Positions 9,506 through 19,677 of a stretch of DNA of 64,000 bases are shown one piece after another (position 1 is the first letter of the stretch; every line of letters begins with the position of its first letter). The stretch comes from Verrucomicrobiales bacterium (GTDB lineage: Bacteria; Verrucomicrobiota; Verrucomicrobiia; Verrucomicrobiales; V1-33): NCBI GenBank assembly GCA_031411295.1, contig JANOAV010000059.1:1-64000 (forward strand), in the 5' to 3' direction. Under the pieces are notes generated by a model that saw nothing but the letters and a program-made list of their open reading frames with translations, ran no database searches and had not been told where the DNA came from. Both the position numbers and the translations under genes were made by a program.

Positions 9506-11143
9506 ATGATCCCACATTTCACATCCATCCTCCGCACCCTCTCGATCCTCTGCTGCCTGTCGGTCGGCCACGCCCAAACTGCTGAGCGCCCGCCCAACAT
9601 CGTCTTCATTTACGCCGATGACTGGGGCTGGGGTGATTTATCCTGTCACGGGCATCCCTGGTTGAAAACGCCAAACCTCGACAAACTCGCCAGCGAAGGA
9701 ACGGACTTCCAGCAGTTCAACGTGCTGAATCCCGTGTGCTCACCGAGCCGCACCGCCGCATTGACGGGAATGTATCCCGCGCGCTTCTCGGTGCATCAGC
9801 ATTTTGCCGCCCCAGCGCAGAATCAGGCCCGGAACATGCCCGACTGGCTCGACGCGAAAGCGCCAACGCTACCACGTTTTCTAAAAGCAGCAGGCTATCG
9901 CACCGCGCATTTTGGAAAATGGCATTTAACCAATCGGGATACGCATGGAGCACCGCAGCCCGAGGCATATGGCTACGATGAATCCGCCGTCTTCAATGGC
10001 GGGGCGGAATGGCCCTCAGCGGATCTTCATGCCACTGCGGAGAATACTGCCGCGTTCATCAAGGCCCATAAAGCCAAGCCTTTCTTCATCAACGTCTGGC
10101 TCCATGAAAGTCACACGCCGCACATCCCCACCCCACAATCCATGGAGCGATGGAAACAGATGGATAAACAGCAGCAAGTCTATTCCGCCGTCATTACCGA
10201 TGGCGACAACGCCGTGGGAAAAATTCTCGAGGCGTTGCAAGCAGAGGGCGTGGCGGACCATACCATTGTAATGTTTTCCAGTGACAACGGACCGGAATCC
10301 ACCGCCGCCAAAGCTGGCCCGGAAAAGCTGGATCCAGATGCTAATGTGACGGGCTACGATACCTACTACAGCATTGGTCAAACGGGTGGTCTGCGGGGTC
10401 GCAAACGCAGCTTGTTTGAAGGCGGCGTGCGAGTGCCGTTCATCGTGCGTTGGCCAGGGCATACTCCCCCTGGAATAAAAAACAACAACACTGCGCTCAC
10501 GGCCGTGGATTTGCTCCCAACACTCTGTGCGGCGGCCCAAGTGAAGTTGCCCACCGACTATCAAAGCGATGGCGAAAACCTACTGGCTGCATTTGAAGGG
10601 GAACTCGCTACCCGCACGCGGCCGATTTTCTGGGATTGGCAAGGCAAGGCCGCTGAGCCTGACTGGTGGCCACGCCTGGCGGTGCGCGAGGGGGATTGGA
10701 AACTCGCACTAACAGACGAAGCAAAGCGGGCAGAGTTATTCCACCTGAGTGAGGATCGGGCCGAGGGGAAGGACGTGGCCAAGGATCATCCTGATATTGT
10801 AGGCCGCCTCTCCAAACTTGCGCTCGATTGGAAATCCACGTTACCGGAAAAACCGGATCCCACCTGTGTTAGTAAAATTGATCGCAAAGGCGAGCCAACC
10901 GCAGTAAAGCGCGCCAAGGATCCCAAGCCTGCCCCAGCCAAGGCTGCACCCGACCGTGGCAAGGCCTTCGAACGCTGGGATGCGAACAAGGATGATTTCC
11001 TCTCCCTGGACGAATACCGGACGGGGCTCAAAAACGCTGACGACCTGGAGTCCCGATTCAAGAACTTCGATAAAGATCATGATGGAAAAGTAAGCCGGAC
11101 AGAGTTTGTCAATCCCCCACCCTCTACCAACGAAACCCCATGA
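9506..11143 (+). CDS. Sulfatase with C-terminal EF-hand pair
   Basis: PNIVFIYADDWG, CSPSRT, GKWHL and SDNG motifs; C-terminal EF-hand loops DANKDDFLSLDEY and DKDHDGKVSRTEF. Confidence 0.92.
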   Translation: MIPHFTSILRTLSILCCLSVGHAQTAERPPNIVFIYADDWGWGDLSCHGHPWLKTPNLDKLASEGTDFQQFNVLNPVCSPSRTAALTGMYPARFSVHQHFAAPAQNQARNMPDWLDAKAPTLPRFLKAAGYRTAHFGKWHLTNRDTHGAPQPEAYGYDESAVFNGGAEWPSADLHATAENTAAFIKAHKAKPFFINVWLHESHTPHIPTPQSMERWKQMDKQQQVYSAVITDGDNAVGKILEALQAEGVADHTIVMFSSDNGPESTAAKAGPEKLDPDANVTGYDTYYSIGQTGGLRGRKRSLFEGGVRVPFIVRWPGHTPPGIKNNNTALTAVDLLPTLCAAAQVKLPTDYQSDGENLLAAFEGELATRTRPIFWDWQGKAAEPDWWPRLAVREGDWKLALTDEAKRAELFHLSEDRAEGKDVAKDHPDIVGRLSKLALDWKSTLPEKPDPTCVSKIDRKGEPTAVKRAKDPKPAPAKAAPDRGKAFERWDANKDDFLSLDEYRTGLKNADDLESRFKNFDKDHDGKVSRTEFVNPPPSTNETP

Positions 11144-12618
11144 AGCACCCGATCGCACTCCTCAGCTTGCTCGTCTTCGTCTCGCTGGCCCGCAGCACTG
11201 CCGCCGAGAACACGAAACCCAACGTCATTTTCATCCTCGCTGACGATCTCGGGTGCATGGACATTGGCGCGTTTAATCCCAAGACTTTCTACGAAACACC
11301 GACCATCGACAGTTTGGCGAAGCGTGGCATGAAGTTCACGCAAGGTTATGCCGCCTGCTGTGTTTGCTCACCGACCCGTGGCAGTATTCTGACGGGCAAG
11401 TATCCGCCGCGTTTCGGAATTACCAACTTCATTGGCGGCAATCGTGCGGGGAAGCTTTCGCCAGCACCTAACGTGAACCGTCTGGCATTGGCGGAGGTAA
11501 CCATCGCTGAGACATTTCGCGACGCCGGCTACGCGACTTTCATGGCGGGCAAGTGGCACCTCGGAATGGATGAATTTTACCCCGGTGCGCAAGGCTTCCC
11601 GCAGGATTTGGCGGGATCGGAAACCCAGAAACGCAAAGCGCAGTTTTTCTATCCCCCGGCAAAATCACCAGTGCCCGATCCTAAAGATGATCCGAAGACC
11701 ACCGAGCGCATCGTCAATGAGACGGTGAAATTTATCGGAGAGCACAAGGACAAGCCGTTTTTCGCTTACCTGCCCTTCCTGGCCGTGCATGTGCCGATCG
11801 GTGCGAATGCAGCGTTGGTGAAAAAATATGAAGCAAAAGCCAAGGACGCTCCGGAAAACGTTTGGGGCCAGGAGGGGGCGCAAAAACTACGCACCGTGCA
11901 GAATCATGCCGCTTACGCCGCCATGCTGGAGCAATTGGATGGCGGCATTGCCCGTATCCTCGCAGCCTTGGAAAGCAACGGCCTGAGCGACAAAACGATC
12001 ATCGTCTTCATGTCCGACAACGGCGGACTTTCCACAGCCGAAGGCTGGCCCACCTCCAATCTCCCGCTGCGAGCCGGCAAGGGATGGCCCTACGAAGGCG
12101 GAGTGCGTGAACCCATGATTGTCGTGGCTCCCGGCGTGACCAAGCCCGGTAGTGTTTGTGATGTCCCAGTAATCAGCACCGATTTCTATCCCACACTCCT
12201 CCAACTTTCCGGCCAGCCCCTGAAGCCAGATCAGCACTTGGATGGCGTCAGTTTCCTGCCGCTGCTTAAAGGTGAAACCGCAGCGCGCGGCAAACCGCTC
12301 TTTTGGCACTATCCTCATTACGCTAATCAAGGTGGCAGGCCTAACGGAGTCATCCGGGAAGGCGACTGGAAACTCATCGAATGGTATGAAGATGGCGCGC
12401 TGGAACTTTACAACATACCGCAAGACATCAGCGAAAAGAACGACCTGGCCAAAGCGAATCCCGACAAGGTCAAGGATCTGCACCAGAAACTCGTCGCCTG
12501 GCGGAAAGAAGTTGGCGCGGTGATGCCGACGCCAAATGCAGCGGGTGCCGCAACTCCGCAAAAGCGAAAAAAGCAGAATGCTCCGTCCAAGGATTCGCCT
12601 GATTCTGGGGGCCAATAG
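11140..12618 (+). CDS. Sulfatase (arylsulfatase/N-acetylgalactosamine-6-sulfatase-like)
   Basis: Signal peptide; PNVIFILADDLG, CSPTRG, GKWHLG, SDNGG, PLRAGKG and FWHYPHY motifs. Confidence 0.93.
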   Translation: MKHPIALLSLLVFVSLARSTAAENTKPNVIFILADDLGCMDIGAFNPKTFYETPTIDSLAKRGMKFTQGYAACCVCSPTRGSILTGKYPPRFGITNFIGGNRAGKLSPAPNVNRLALAEVTIAETFRDAGYATFMAGKWHLGMDEFYPGAQGFPQDLAGSETQKRKAQFFYPPAKSPVPDPKDDPKTTERIVNETVKFIGEHKDKPFFAYLPFLAVHVPIGANAALVKKYEAKAKDAPENVWGQEGAQKLRTVQNHAAYAAMLEQLDGGIARILAALESNGLSDKTIIVFMSDNGGLSTAEGWPTSNLPLRAGKGWPYEGGVREPMIVVAPGVTKPGSVCDVPVISTDFYPTLLQLSGQPLKPDQHLDGVSFLPLLKGETAARGKPLFWHYPHYANQGGRPNGVIREGDWKLIEWYEDGALELYNIPQDISEKNDLAKANPDKVKDLHQKLVAWRKEVGAVMPTPNAAGAATPQKRKKQNAPSKDSPDSGGQ

Positions 12619-12651
12619 CATTTTATATAAAAGCTCCGTCATAACCACGCG

Positions 12652-12980
12652 ATGAAAGAGACGATCACCCTCCTCACCACGCGACTGTTCACTCCACTGG
12701 CCGGACTGACCGCCGCCGATGCTCTCGCCGTTCGCCTCTCTAGACGCTGCCGAGAACCAGCCTGCAAAGCCAGCGGACAAACCCAACATTATCTTCATGA
12801 TGGCCGACGATATCGGGTGGACGGATAGCGCGACCTACAGCAACAAATACTACGAGACGCCGAACATTGACCTGCGCCGGCGCGGGTATCAAGTGCGGTC
12901 AGCACCTCCTTATCCCCAAGAACACGCCGCTCTGAAATCTGTGGCTCACCCTGCTACTCTTCACCGCCTCGCTACCCTAA
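12652..12980 (+). pseudogene. Mosaic gene relic including a truncated sulfatase N-terminus
   Basis: KPNIIFMMADDIGWTDSATYSNKYYETPNID ends at 12871, before any CxPxR motif; flanked by out-of-frame signal-peptide-like fragments. Confidence 0.75.
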
Positions 12981-12995
12981 TTCGCGTAACCTTCC

Positions 12996-15900
12996 ATGAC
13001 TAAGCCGAACTCCATGAATTTCTACGCCGTGCTTCTCTTTTTGCTGGGCTCACTAACGGTTTCCGCCGAGCCGCTGCGCTACAACCGCGACATCCGTCCC
13101 ATCCTTTCGGATAACTGCTTTGCGTGCCACGGGCCGGACAAGGCCAACCAGAAGGCGGGCTTGCGGCTCGATGTGCGCGACGTGGCGATCAAGCCGGTGG
13201 AGTCCGGCGATACGGCCATCGTGCCGGGGAATGTGGACAACAGCACGCTGGTCGCACGGATCCTAGCGAGCGACGAGGACGAGATCATGCCGCCGCCGAA
13301 GTCGCACAAGAAGCTCAGCGCGGCGCAGAAGGAGATCCTCAAACGCTGGGTGGCCGAGGGTGCGGCGTATGAACAACATTGGGCCTATCAGCCTGTTCAG
13401 GGTGTGAAAGTTCCGGCCGCGACGGATCTGCCAAAGGCGGATGCGGAACTGCTGAAGTGGCCGCGCAATCCCATCGACTGGTTTGTGCTGCAAAGGCTCG
13501 CGTCAGCCGGGCTGAAGCCGTCACCGAGCGCGGAGGTGTCCACGCTGGCACGGCGTATGGCGCTCGATCTTACCGGTCTTCCGCCGCGGGCGGATTTGCT
13601 GAAACGCTTCGATCCGGTGAAGCCTGACGAATACATCACGGCGAATTTCAAGTCGCAGCACTATGGCGAGCGCATGGCGGTGGACTGGCTGGACGCGGCG
13701 CGCTTTGCGGACACACAGGGATACCAGAATGATCGCGACCAGGACATGCATCCGTTTCGCGATTGGGTGATCGGCGCGTTCAACAGGAACATGCGCTTCG
13801 ATCAGTTCACGATCGAGCAGATCGCAGGGGACTTGCTGCCGGGTGCGACGCTGGAGCAGAAGATCGCGACGGGGTTTCAGCGCAGCCATCGGATCAACAC
13901 CGAAGGCGGCGTGATCCCGGCCGAATACGTTGCCGAATACACCGCAGATCGCGTGGAGACGACGGCTTCAGTGTGGCTCGGCCAGACGTTCAATTGCACG
14001 CGCTGCCACGACCACAAATTCGATCCGTTCACCCAGAAGGATTTTTACAGCATGAAGGCGTTTTACAACAACGTGGGCGAGCAGGGCGATGGCGGCCTGG
14101 ACACGGTCAATCTGCCCTCGACGGACTCGGAAAAAAAGACCGCTCCGCTGCACACCGAGATCGCAGGGATCGAGGAGAAGCTCGCGAAGCAAAAGACCTC
14201 CGAAGCGGAGGTGCGTGCGTGGGCGGATCGGCTCGTGAAGCGGCGGCTGGCGTGGGAGCCGTTTGAAATTTCGAAGCTCTCGGTGCCGAAGGGAAAGCCC
14301 GCGCTCGCGAGCGACGCGCGCGGCTTCGAGCTGGCTCCGATCAAAGCAGGCACGCAGCCCGTGGTCGCGTCGGTGAAAGTGCGTGCAGGGACGAAGATTA
14401 CCGCGCTGCGCATCGAGTGCGAGTCAGAGGTGGATGAGGCGCGCGTGGAGCTGGGCCGCGTGCAGGTGCAGTTGCCGCAGGTGCAACCGCTCATTTTGAA
14501 AGGCGCGGTTGAGGGCGTCTCGCTGAAGGCGGTGGATGCCGAACGCCTCGCGCGGGCCGAGCGTGCGGAAGTCGCAGCAAAGCAGCCCGCCAAACCCAAG
14601 GGCAAGAAGAAGGGGGTTCCGCCCGCACCCGCTGCTCCGCCAGCAACGCTGTCGCCGGGACCGAACCAGCCGCCGGAGGCGCTGGTTTTCGAACTTGCCG
14701 AGCCCTTCGAGGCGAAGGGCGGTGACGAGACGCTCAATGTTTCCATCGTGGTCAGTTCAAACGCAAAGGCGACCGACTGGCGCGTGCTTTTCACCTCGGC
14801 ACCGGTGGATCAGCTCGTGCCCGAGACGGTGCTCGAAATTGCGGAGAAGGCACCTGCCAAGCTCACGCGCGGTGAGCAGGCGGCGTTGAGGAAGGAATTC
14901 CAGCTGCTGCGCCCGGAGGCGAAGGATCTGCGCGAAAGAATCTCCGAGCTGAACAACAGCATCGCGGAGGCGCGCACCAAGCAGGAATCCGCCGTCGTGA
15001 TGAGCGAGCGCAAGCCGAAGGACACGTTCATTCTCATACGCGGCGAATACAATATGCCCGGCGAAAAGGTCACCGCAGCCACGCCCGGCATTCTTCCATC
15101 GCTGGCGAAGGACGCTCCGCTCAACCGGCTCGGCCTCGCGCAGTGGCTCGTGAGCAAAGAAAATCCGCTCACCGCACGAGTCACGGTGAACCGGCTGTGG
15201 CAATCTGTCTTCGGCAGCGGCCTCGTTCGCACGAGCGAGGACTTCGGCGCGCAGGGCGAGGCGCCGAGTCATCCCGAGCTGCTCGATTGGCTCGCAGACG
15301 AGTTTATGCTCAGCGGCTGGGACGTGCAGCACATCCTGCGGCTCATTTTGAACAGCGCGACGTATCAGCAGACATCTCGCACCACGCCCGCGTTGCTCGC
15401 AGCGGATTCCGACAACCGCTTCCTCGCACGCGGGCCGCGCTTCCGTTTGAATGCCGAGTTCGTGCGCGATCAGGCGCTCGCTGCCGCCGGACTGCTTTCG
15501 GAGAATGTCGGCGGAAAGTCTGTGAAGCCGTATCACCCATCGGGCATCTATGAACTCATGACGGTCGGGCAATCGACCAAAGGATGGATCGCGGACACGG
15601 GTGAGAACCTGCACCGACGCAGCCTTTACACCTTCTGGAAGCGCACCGTGCCACATCCCGCAATGATCGCCTTTGATGCTCCAGGCCGCGAAATCTGCGC
15701 CGTCCGCCGCACCCGCTCGAACACGCCGCTCCAGGCGCTTAACCTGATGAATGATCCCACTTACGTCGAGGCCGCCCGCCACCTAGCCGTGCGCATGATC
15801 GGCTCGTCAGCGAGCGTGGCGGATCAAATTCAATTTGGCTACCGCACACTCCTCGCTCGCGACGCAAAGCCCGCCGAGCTCACCGTGCTCACCCGAGCCT

Positions 15901-16070
15901 ATGAGCGTGCCCGCAGCGAGTTCTCCACGAAGACCACGACCGCCACCGGCCTGCTGAAAACCGGCGTGGCCGCACCCGCACAGGAAAAACTCGACGACGC
16001 CGTGCTCGCTGCGATGACCAATGTCGCCAGCACGCTGCTGTGCCTCGATGAAACCATCACGAAGGAATGA
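12996..16070 (+). CDS. Planctomycete-type cytochrome c protein (PSCyt1 + DUF1549 + DUF1553/PSD1)
   Basis: YNRDIRPILSDNCFACHGPD; YGERMAVDWLDAARFAD; CTRCHDHKFDP; NPLTARVTVNRLW, PSHPELLDWLA and TPLQALNLMND motifs. Confidence 0.93.
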   Translation: MTKPNSMNFYAVLLFLLGSLTVSAEPLRYNRDIRPILSDNCFACHGPDKANQKAGLRLDVRDVAIKPVESGDTAIVPGNVDNSTLVARILASDEDEIMPPPKSHKKLSAAQKEILKRWVAEGAAYEQHWAYQPVQGVKVPAATDLPKADAELLKWPRNPIDWFVLQRLASAGLKPSPSAEVSTLARRMALDLTGLPPRADLLKRFDPVKPDEYITANFKSQHYGERMAVDWLDAARFADTQGYQNDRDQDMHPFRDWVIGAFNRNMRFDQFTIEQIAGDLLPGATLEQKIATGFQRSHRINTEGGVIPAEYVAEYTADRVETTASVWLGQTFNCTRCHDHKFDPFTQKDFYSMKAFYNNVGEQGDGGLDTVNLPSTDSEKKTAPLHTEIAGIEEKLAKQKTSEAEVRAWADRLVKRRLAWEPFEISKLSVPKGKPALASDARGFELAPIKAGTQPVVASVKVRAGTKITALRIECESEVDEARVELGRVQVQLPQVQPLILKGAVEGVSLKAVDAERLARAERAEVAAKQPAKPKGKKKGVPPAPAAPPATLSPGPNQPPEALVFELAEPFEAKGGDETLNVSIVVSSNAKATDWRVLFTSAPVDQLVPETVLEIAEKAPAKLTRGEQAALRKEFQLLRPEAKDLRERISELNNSIAEARTKQESAVVMSERKPKDTFILIRGEYNMPGEKVTAATPGILPSLAKDAPLNRLGLAQWLVSKENPLTARVTVNRLWQSVFGSGLVRTSEDFGAQGEAPSHPELLDWLADEFMLSGWDVQHILRLILNSATYQQTSRTTPALLAADSDNRFLARGPRFRLNAEFVRDQALAAAGLLSENVGGKSVKPYHPSGIYELMTVGQSTKGWIADTGENLHRRSLYTFWKRTVPHPAMIAFDAPGREICAVRRTRSNTPLQALNLMNDPTYVEAARHLAVRMIGSSASVADQIQFGYRTLLARDAKPAELTVLTRAYERARSEFSTKTTTATGLLKTGVAAPAQEKLDDAVLAAMTNVASTLLCLDETITKE

Positions 16071-17518
16071 CCAATCGCATCCTCATGAACACCGCCATCC
16101 TCACGGCTCTCAGCCGTCGCCAATTCCTCGCACGTGGCACCGCTGCGGCGGGCACGGCTGCGCTCGCCTCGCTGCTGAATCCGCGCACCGCCGCTGCCAC
16201 CGGACTGCCCGGCCTCCCGCATTTCGCCCCAAAGGCGAAGCGCATCATCTGGCTCACACAAAGCGGAGCGCCCTCGCAGCTCGATCTGTTTGATCCCAAA
16301 CCGGGGTTGAAGGCTCGATTCAACACGGACCTGCCCGACAGCGTGCGCGGCACCCAGCGGCTCACCGGCATGACAGCGAAGCAGGCGCGATTCCCCATCG
16401 CGCCGAGCATCTTCAACTTCGCCAAGCACGGCAAGTGCGGTATGGAGCTGAGCGAGGTGCTGCCGTTCACCTCGCAGCACGCGGACGACATTTGCCTCAT
16501 CCGCACCATGTTCACCGAGGCCATCAACCACGACCCGGCGATGACTCTGCTGCAAACCGGCCACCAAATCGCGGGGCGTCCGTCGTTCGGCTCGTGGATG
16601 GCCTACGGCCTCGGCAGCGCGAATGAAAACCTGCCCGCATTCATCGTGCTCGTTTCGCGCCCGAGCGGCGGAACGAACGCGCAACCGCTCGCCGAGCGCA
16701 TGTGGGGTAGCGGATTCCTGCCCGCGAAATACCAAGGCGTGCGCTTCAATTCCGGCAAAGACCCCGTCCTTTACCTCTCGAACCCCGAGGGTATGACCAC
16801 CAGCCAGCGACGCACCATGATCGATGACCTCGGCGAGTTGAACCGGATCAAACTCGCCGAATATCACGACCCCGAGACACAGGCGCGCATTGACCAGTTC
16901 GAGATGGCCTTCCGTCTGCAATCGAGCGTGCCCGAGCTGGCTGACCTCTCCAAAGAAACCCCGCAGACCTTCGAACACTACGGCCCGGAGTCTCGCAAGC
17001 CCGGCACTTATGCAGCGAACTGTCTGCTCGCACGCCGCCTTGCCGAGCGCGGCGTGCGTTTCATCCAGCTCTACCACCGCGGCTGGGACCAGCACGCGCG
17101 ATTGCCGCGCGACATCAAGAGCCAGTGCTACGATACCGACCAGCCTACCGCCGCGCTGATCGCGGACTTGAAGGAGCGCGGCCTTTTTGACGACACGCTC
17201 ATCGTGTGGGGCGGCGAGTTCGGTCGGACCGTGTATTCGCAGGGCGCACTCACGCAGGACAACTACGGCCGCGACCACCATCCACGCTGCTACAGCCTGT
17301 GGGTTGCGGGTGCCGGGATCAAACGCGGCCACGTCATTGGCGAGACGGACGACTTCAGCTACAACATCGTCAAAGACCCCGTCCACATCCACGACCTCAA
17401 CGCCACGCTCATGCAGCAGCTCGGCATCGAGCACACCCGACTCACCTTCCGCAGCCAGGGCCGCGACTACCGGCTCACGGACGTTCACGGCAGCATCGTG
17501 AAAGACATGCTCGCCTGA
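16067..17518 (+). CDS. DUF1501 domain protein (Tat-exported)
   Basis: SRRQFL Tat motif; GAPSQLDLFDPKP, CLLARRLAERGVRF, WDQH, GEFGRT and GRDHHP motifs; the usual partner of the upstream PSD1 gene. Confidence 0.93.
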   Translation: MTNRILMNTAILTALSRRQFLARGTAAAGTAALASLLNPRTAAATGLPGLPHFAPKAKRIIWLTQSGAPSQLDLFDPKPGLKARFNTDLPDSVRGTQRLTGMTAKQARFPIAPSIFNFAKHGKCGMELSEVLPFTSQHADDICLIRTMFTEAINHDPAMTLLQTGHQIAGRPSFGSWMAYGLGSANENLPAFIVLVSRPSGGTNAQPLAERMWGSGFLPAKYQGVRFNSGKDPVLYLSNPEGMTTSQRRTMIDDLGELNRIKLAEYHDPETQARIDQFEMAFRLQSSVPELADLSKETPQTFEHYGPESRKPGTYAANCLLARRLAERGVRFIQLYHRGWDQHARLPRDIKSQCYDTDQPTAALIADLKERGLFDDTLIVWGGEFGRTVYSQGALTQDNYGRDHHPRCYSLWVAGAGIKRGHVIGETDDFSYNIVKDPVHIHDLNATLMQQLGIEHTRLTFRSQGRDYRLTDVHGSIVKDMLA

Positions 17519-17597
17519 GCACATCGCTCACGCGGATACGCAAAAAGAAGAAGGCCGCAGATTGAACTCCACCACTCAAAACCAGATTCACCAACCC

Positions 17598-19169
17598 ATG
17601 AAGTCACCCTCCCTCGCATCAATGTTCTGCTCCGCGCTGGTCGCGTTGAGTCTCGCTTCCGCGCATGCGGATACTCAGCGGCCCAACATCATCCTCGTCA
17701 TGCCCGACGATGTCGGCGTTGGCGATTACGCTTGCCTGGGCAATCCCGTCATTCACACGCCTTCGGTGGATGCTTTCAAGAAGCAGAGCTTGGCGTTCAC
17801 CCAGTTTCATGTGAGCCCCACCTGCGCCCCCTGTCGCTCGGCGTTGATGAGCGGGCGTCATGAATTCAAGAATGGCGTGACCCATACCATTCTTGAGCGC
17901 GAGCGGATGAGTTTGAAGACGTTCACGCTGCCGCAGATGCTCAAAACTGTCGGCTATACTTCGGGGATCTTTGGTAAGTGGCATCTGGGCGATGAAGCGG
18001 CGTATCGGCCGGAAAGTCGTGGCTTTGACGAAGTCTATATCCATGGCGGCGGCGGCATTGGGCAAACGTATCCAGGCTCCTGCGGTGACGCTCCGGACAA
18101 CACCAACATCGACCCCGCGCTCTGGCACAATGGCAAGTTCGAGAAGACCAAGGGCTACTGCACCGACTTGTTCTTTACGCAGGCGATCAAGTGGATGGAC
18201 GGCGCACGATCGGAGCAGAAGCCCTTCTTTGCCTACATCCCGCTCAATGCCGCGCACGGTCCGCACGTAGTGCCGAAGGAATACTACCAGCAATATCTCG
18301 GCAAACCGGGCGTGAGCGAAGACACCGCGAAGTTCCTTGGCATGGTGGAGAACATTGACACGAACTTCGGCAAGCTGCTCGCGACGCTCAAGCAATGGGG
18401 CATCGAGGACAATACGTTGGTCATCTATTTCACCGGCGACAACGGTGGCACCTCGGGGAAAGGAATCTTCAACGGCGGCCTGCACGGCGGCAAAGGCACG
18501 CCCTATCAGGGTGGCACGCGTGCGACCACCTTCTTCCGCTGGCCCGGCGGCAAGGTTCCCGCAGGCATGGAATGCGATGCCTTGAGCGCCCACCTCGATC
18601 TTTTCCCCACGTTAGCTGAACTCACTGGCGCGTCCTTGTCAGATGAGGTGAAACAACAAGTCGAAGGCCGCAGCCTGCTCCCCTTGTTGAAGAATCCCAA
18701 AGCCGAGTGGGCGGACCGCACGCTGGTGCACCACGTCGGACGCTGGGGAAAAGGTCAGGCAGCTGAATCCAAATACAGGAACAGCTCCATCCAGAACTCG
18801 CAGTTCACCCTCGTGAACAACAAGGAACTTTACGACCTGAAAGCCGACCCAGGTGAGGAAACCAACGTCATTGCCGCGCATCCCGAGGTCGTGGCAAAGC
18901 TCCGCGCCAGCTACGACCAATGGTGGACCGACGTGCAGCCCATGCTGGTGAATGAAGCTCCGACTAACATTGCGAAGATCAATCCGTTTCAGGAACTCTA
19001 TTACAAACAATTCGGTGGCAGCCCTTCCCCCGCTGATCTCAAGCGCATGGACGCCACACGTGGGGCCGCACCAGAAGAGAAAGCCGTAGAATCCACTGAC
19101 GAATCACCGGCCGCAAAGCGACGGCAACGAAAGAAGGCCAGGGAAGCCGCCCCTGATCCAGTCAAGTAG
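17598..19169 (+). CDS. Arylsulfatase-like sulfatase (variant CAPCR motif)
   Basis: PNIILVMPDD, CAPCRS, GKWHLG, GDNG and ELYDLKADPGE motifs; signal peptide. Confidence 0.92.
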   Translation: MKSPSLASMFCSALVALSLASAHADTQRPNIILVMPDDVGVGDYACLGNPVIHTPSVDAFKKQSLAFTQFHVSPTCAPCRSALMSGRHEFKNGVTHTILERERMSLKTFTLPQMLKTVGYTSGIFGKWHLGDEAAYRPESRGFDEVYIHGGGGIGQTYPGSCGDAPDNTNIDPALWHNGKFEKTKGYCTDLFFTQAIKWMDGARSEQKPFFAYIPLNAAHGPHVVPKEYYQQYLGKPGVSEDTAKFLGMVENIDTNFGKLLATLKQWGIEDNTLVIYFTGDNGGTSGKGIFNGGLHGGKGTPYQGGTRATTFFRWPGGKVPAGMECDALSAHLDLFPTLAELTGASLSDEVKQQVEGRSLLPLLKNPKAEWADRTLVHHVGRWGKGQAAESKYRNSSIQNSQFTLVNNKELYDLKADPGEETNVIAAHPEVVAKLRASYDQWWTDVQPMLVNEAPTNIAKINPFQELYYKQFGGSPSPADLKRMDATRGAAPEEKAVESTDESPAAKRRQRKKAREAAPDPVK

Positions 19170-19278
19170 TGCCTCCAATTTCGTGAAGCATTTCACGCCG
19201 TGCACCCCTAAAACTTGTCTCAAGGCTTGAGCGATCCCGCACCGCCGACTGAACCCGGAATTAAAATCACCAGCTGGG

Positions 19279-19677
19279 TCATGTGGCGAGAAGTCGCAAT
19301 TTGGGGAACCATTTTCTAAGATAGCCGCGGTCAATGGCGGCCAGTCGGTCTGCTTGTAGCTGGGCATGGGAAGCAATTACGAAGTCGGGCACCAAGTGCT
19401 GCCTGGGACCGCCCGCCTGACGGTAACGCTTGAAGGTTTGCCCAGCCAAGAAGGCTGAAGCGGGCAAGATGGGATCATAGGCAACGGAAAGTCGCCCTAG
19501 AAAAGAGGTGAGGCCTGGTTCGTCAGCGGTAGAAGGGGCCAATTCTGCAAAGGCAATGGGACTGATGATCAACGGTCCTTCGGATGCGGCTCTAAGCAGA
19601 GCCTGAAGCCAAGACTCGTAGCCGGACTCCTGTTTGATGATGGCCCAGAGGACAGAGGAATCAAGGGCTGTGATCAT
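19279..19677 (-). CDS. vapC: PIN-domain toxin (VapC family)
   Basis: ALDSSVL, ISPIAFAEL, VPDFVIASHA and AAIDRG PIN acidic motifs; overlaps the antitoxin stop. Confidence 0.88.
   Translation of the reverse strand: MITALDSSVLWAIIKQESGYESWLQALLRAASEGPLIISPIAFAELAPSTADEPGLTSFLGRLSVAYDPILPASAFLAGQTFKRYRQAGGPRQHLVPDFVIASHAQLQADRLAAIDRGYLRKWFPKLRLLAT

Noticed and set aside
15899..17524. 541-aa minus-strand ORF, and other long antisense ORFs such as 48579-49934, 45666-46907 and 14757-15782
   Set aside because: These are shadows of well-supported plus-strand genes in GC-rich DNA, with no recognisable motifs.
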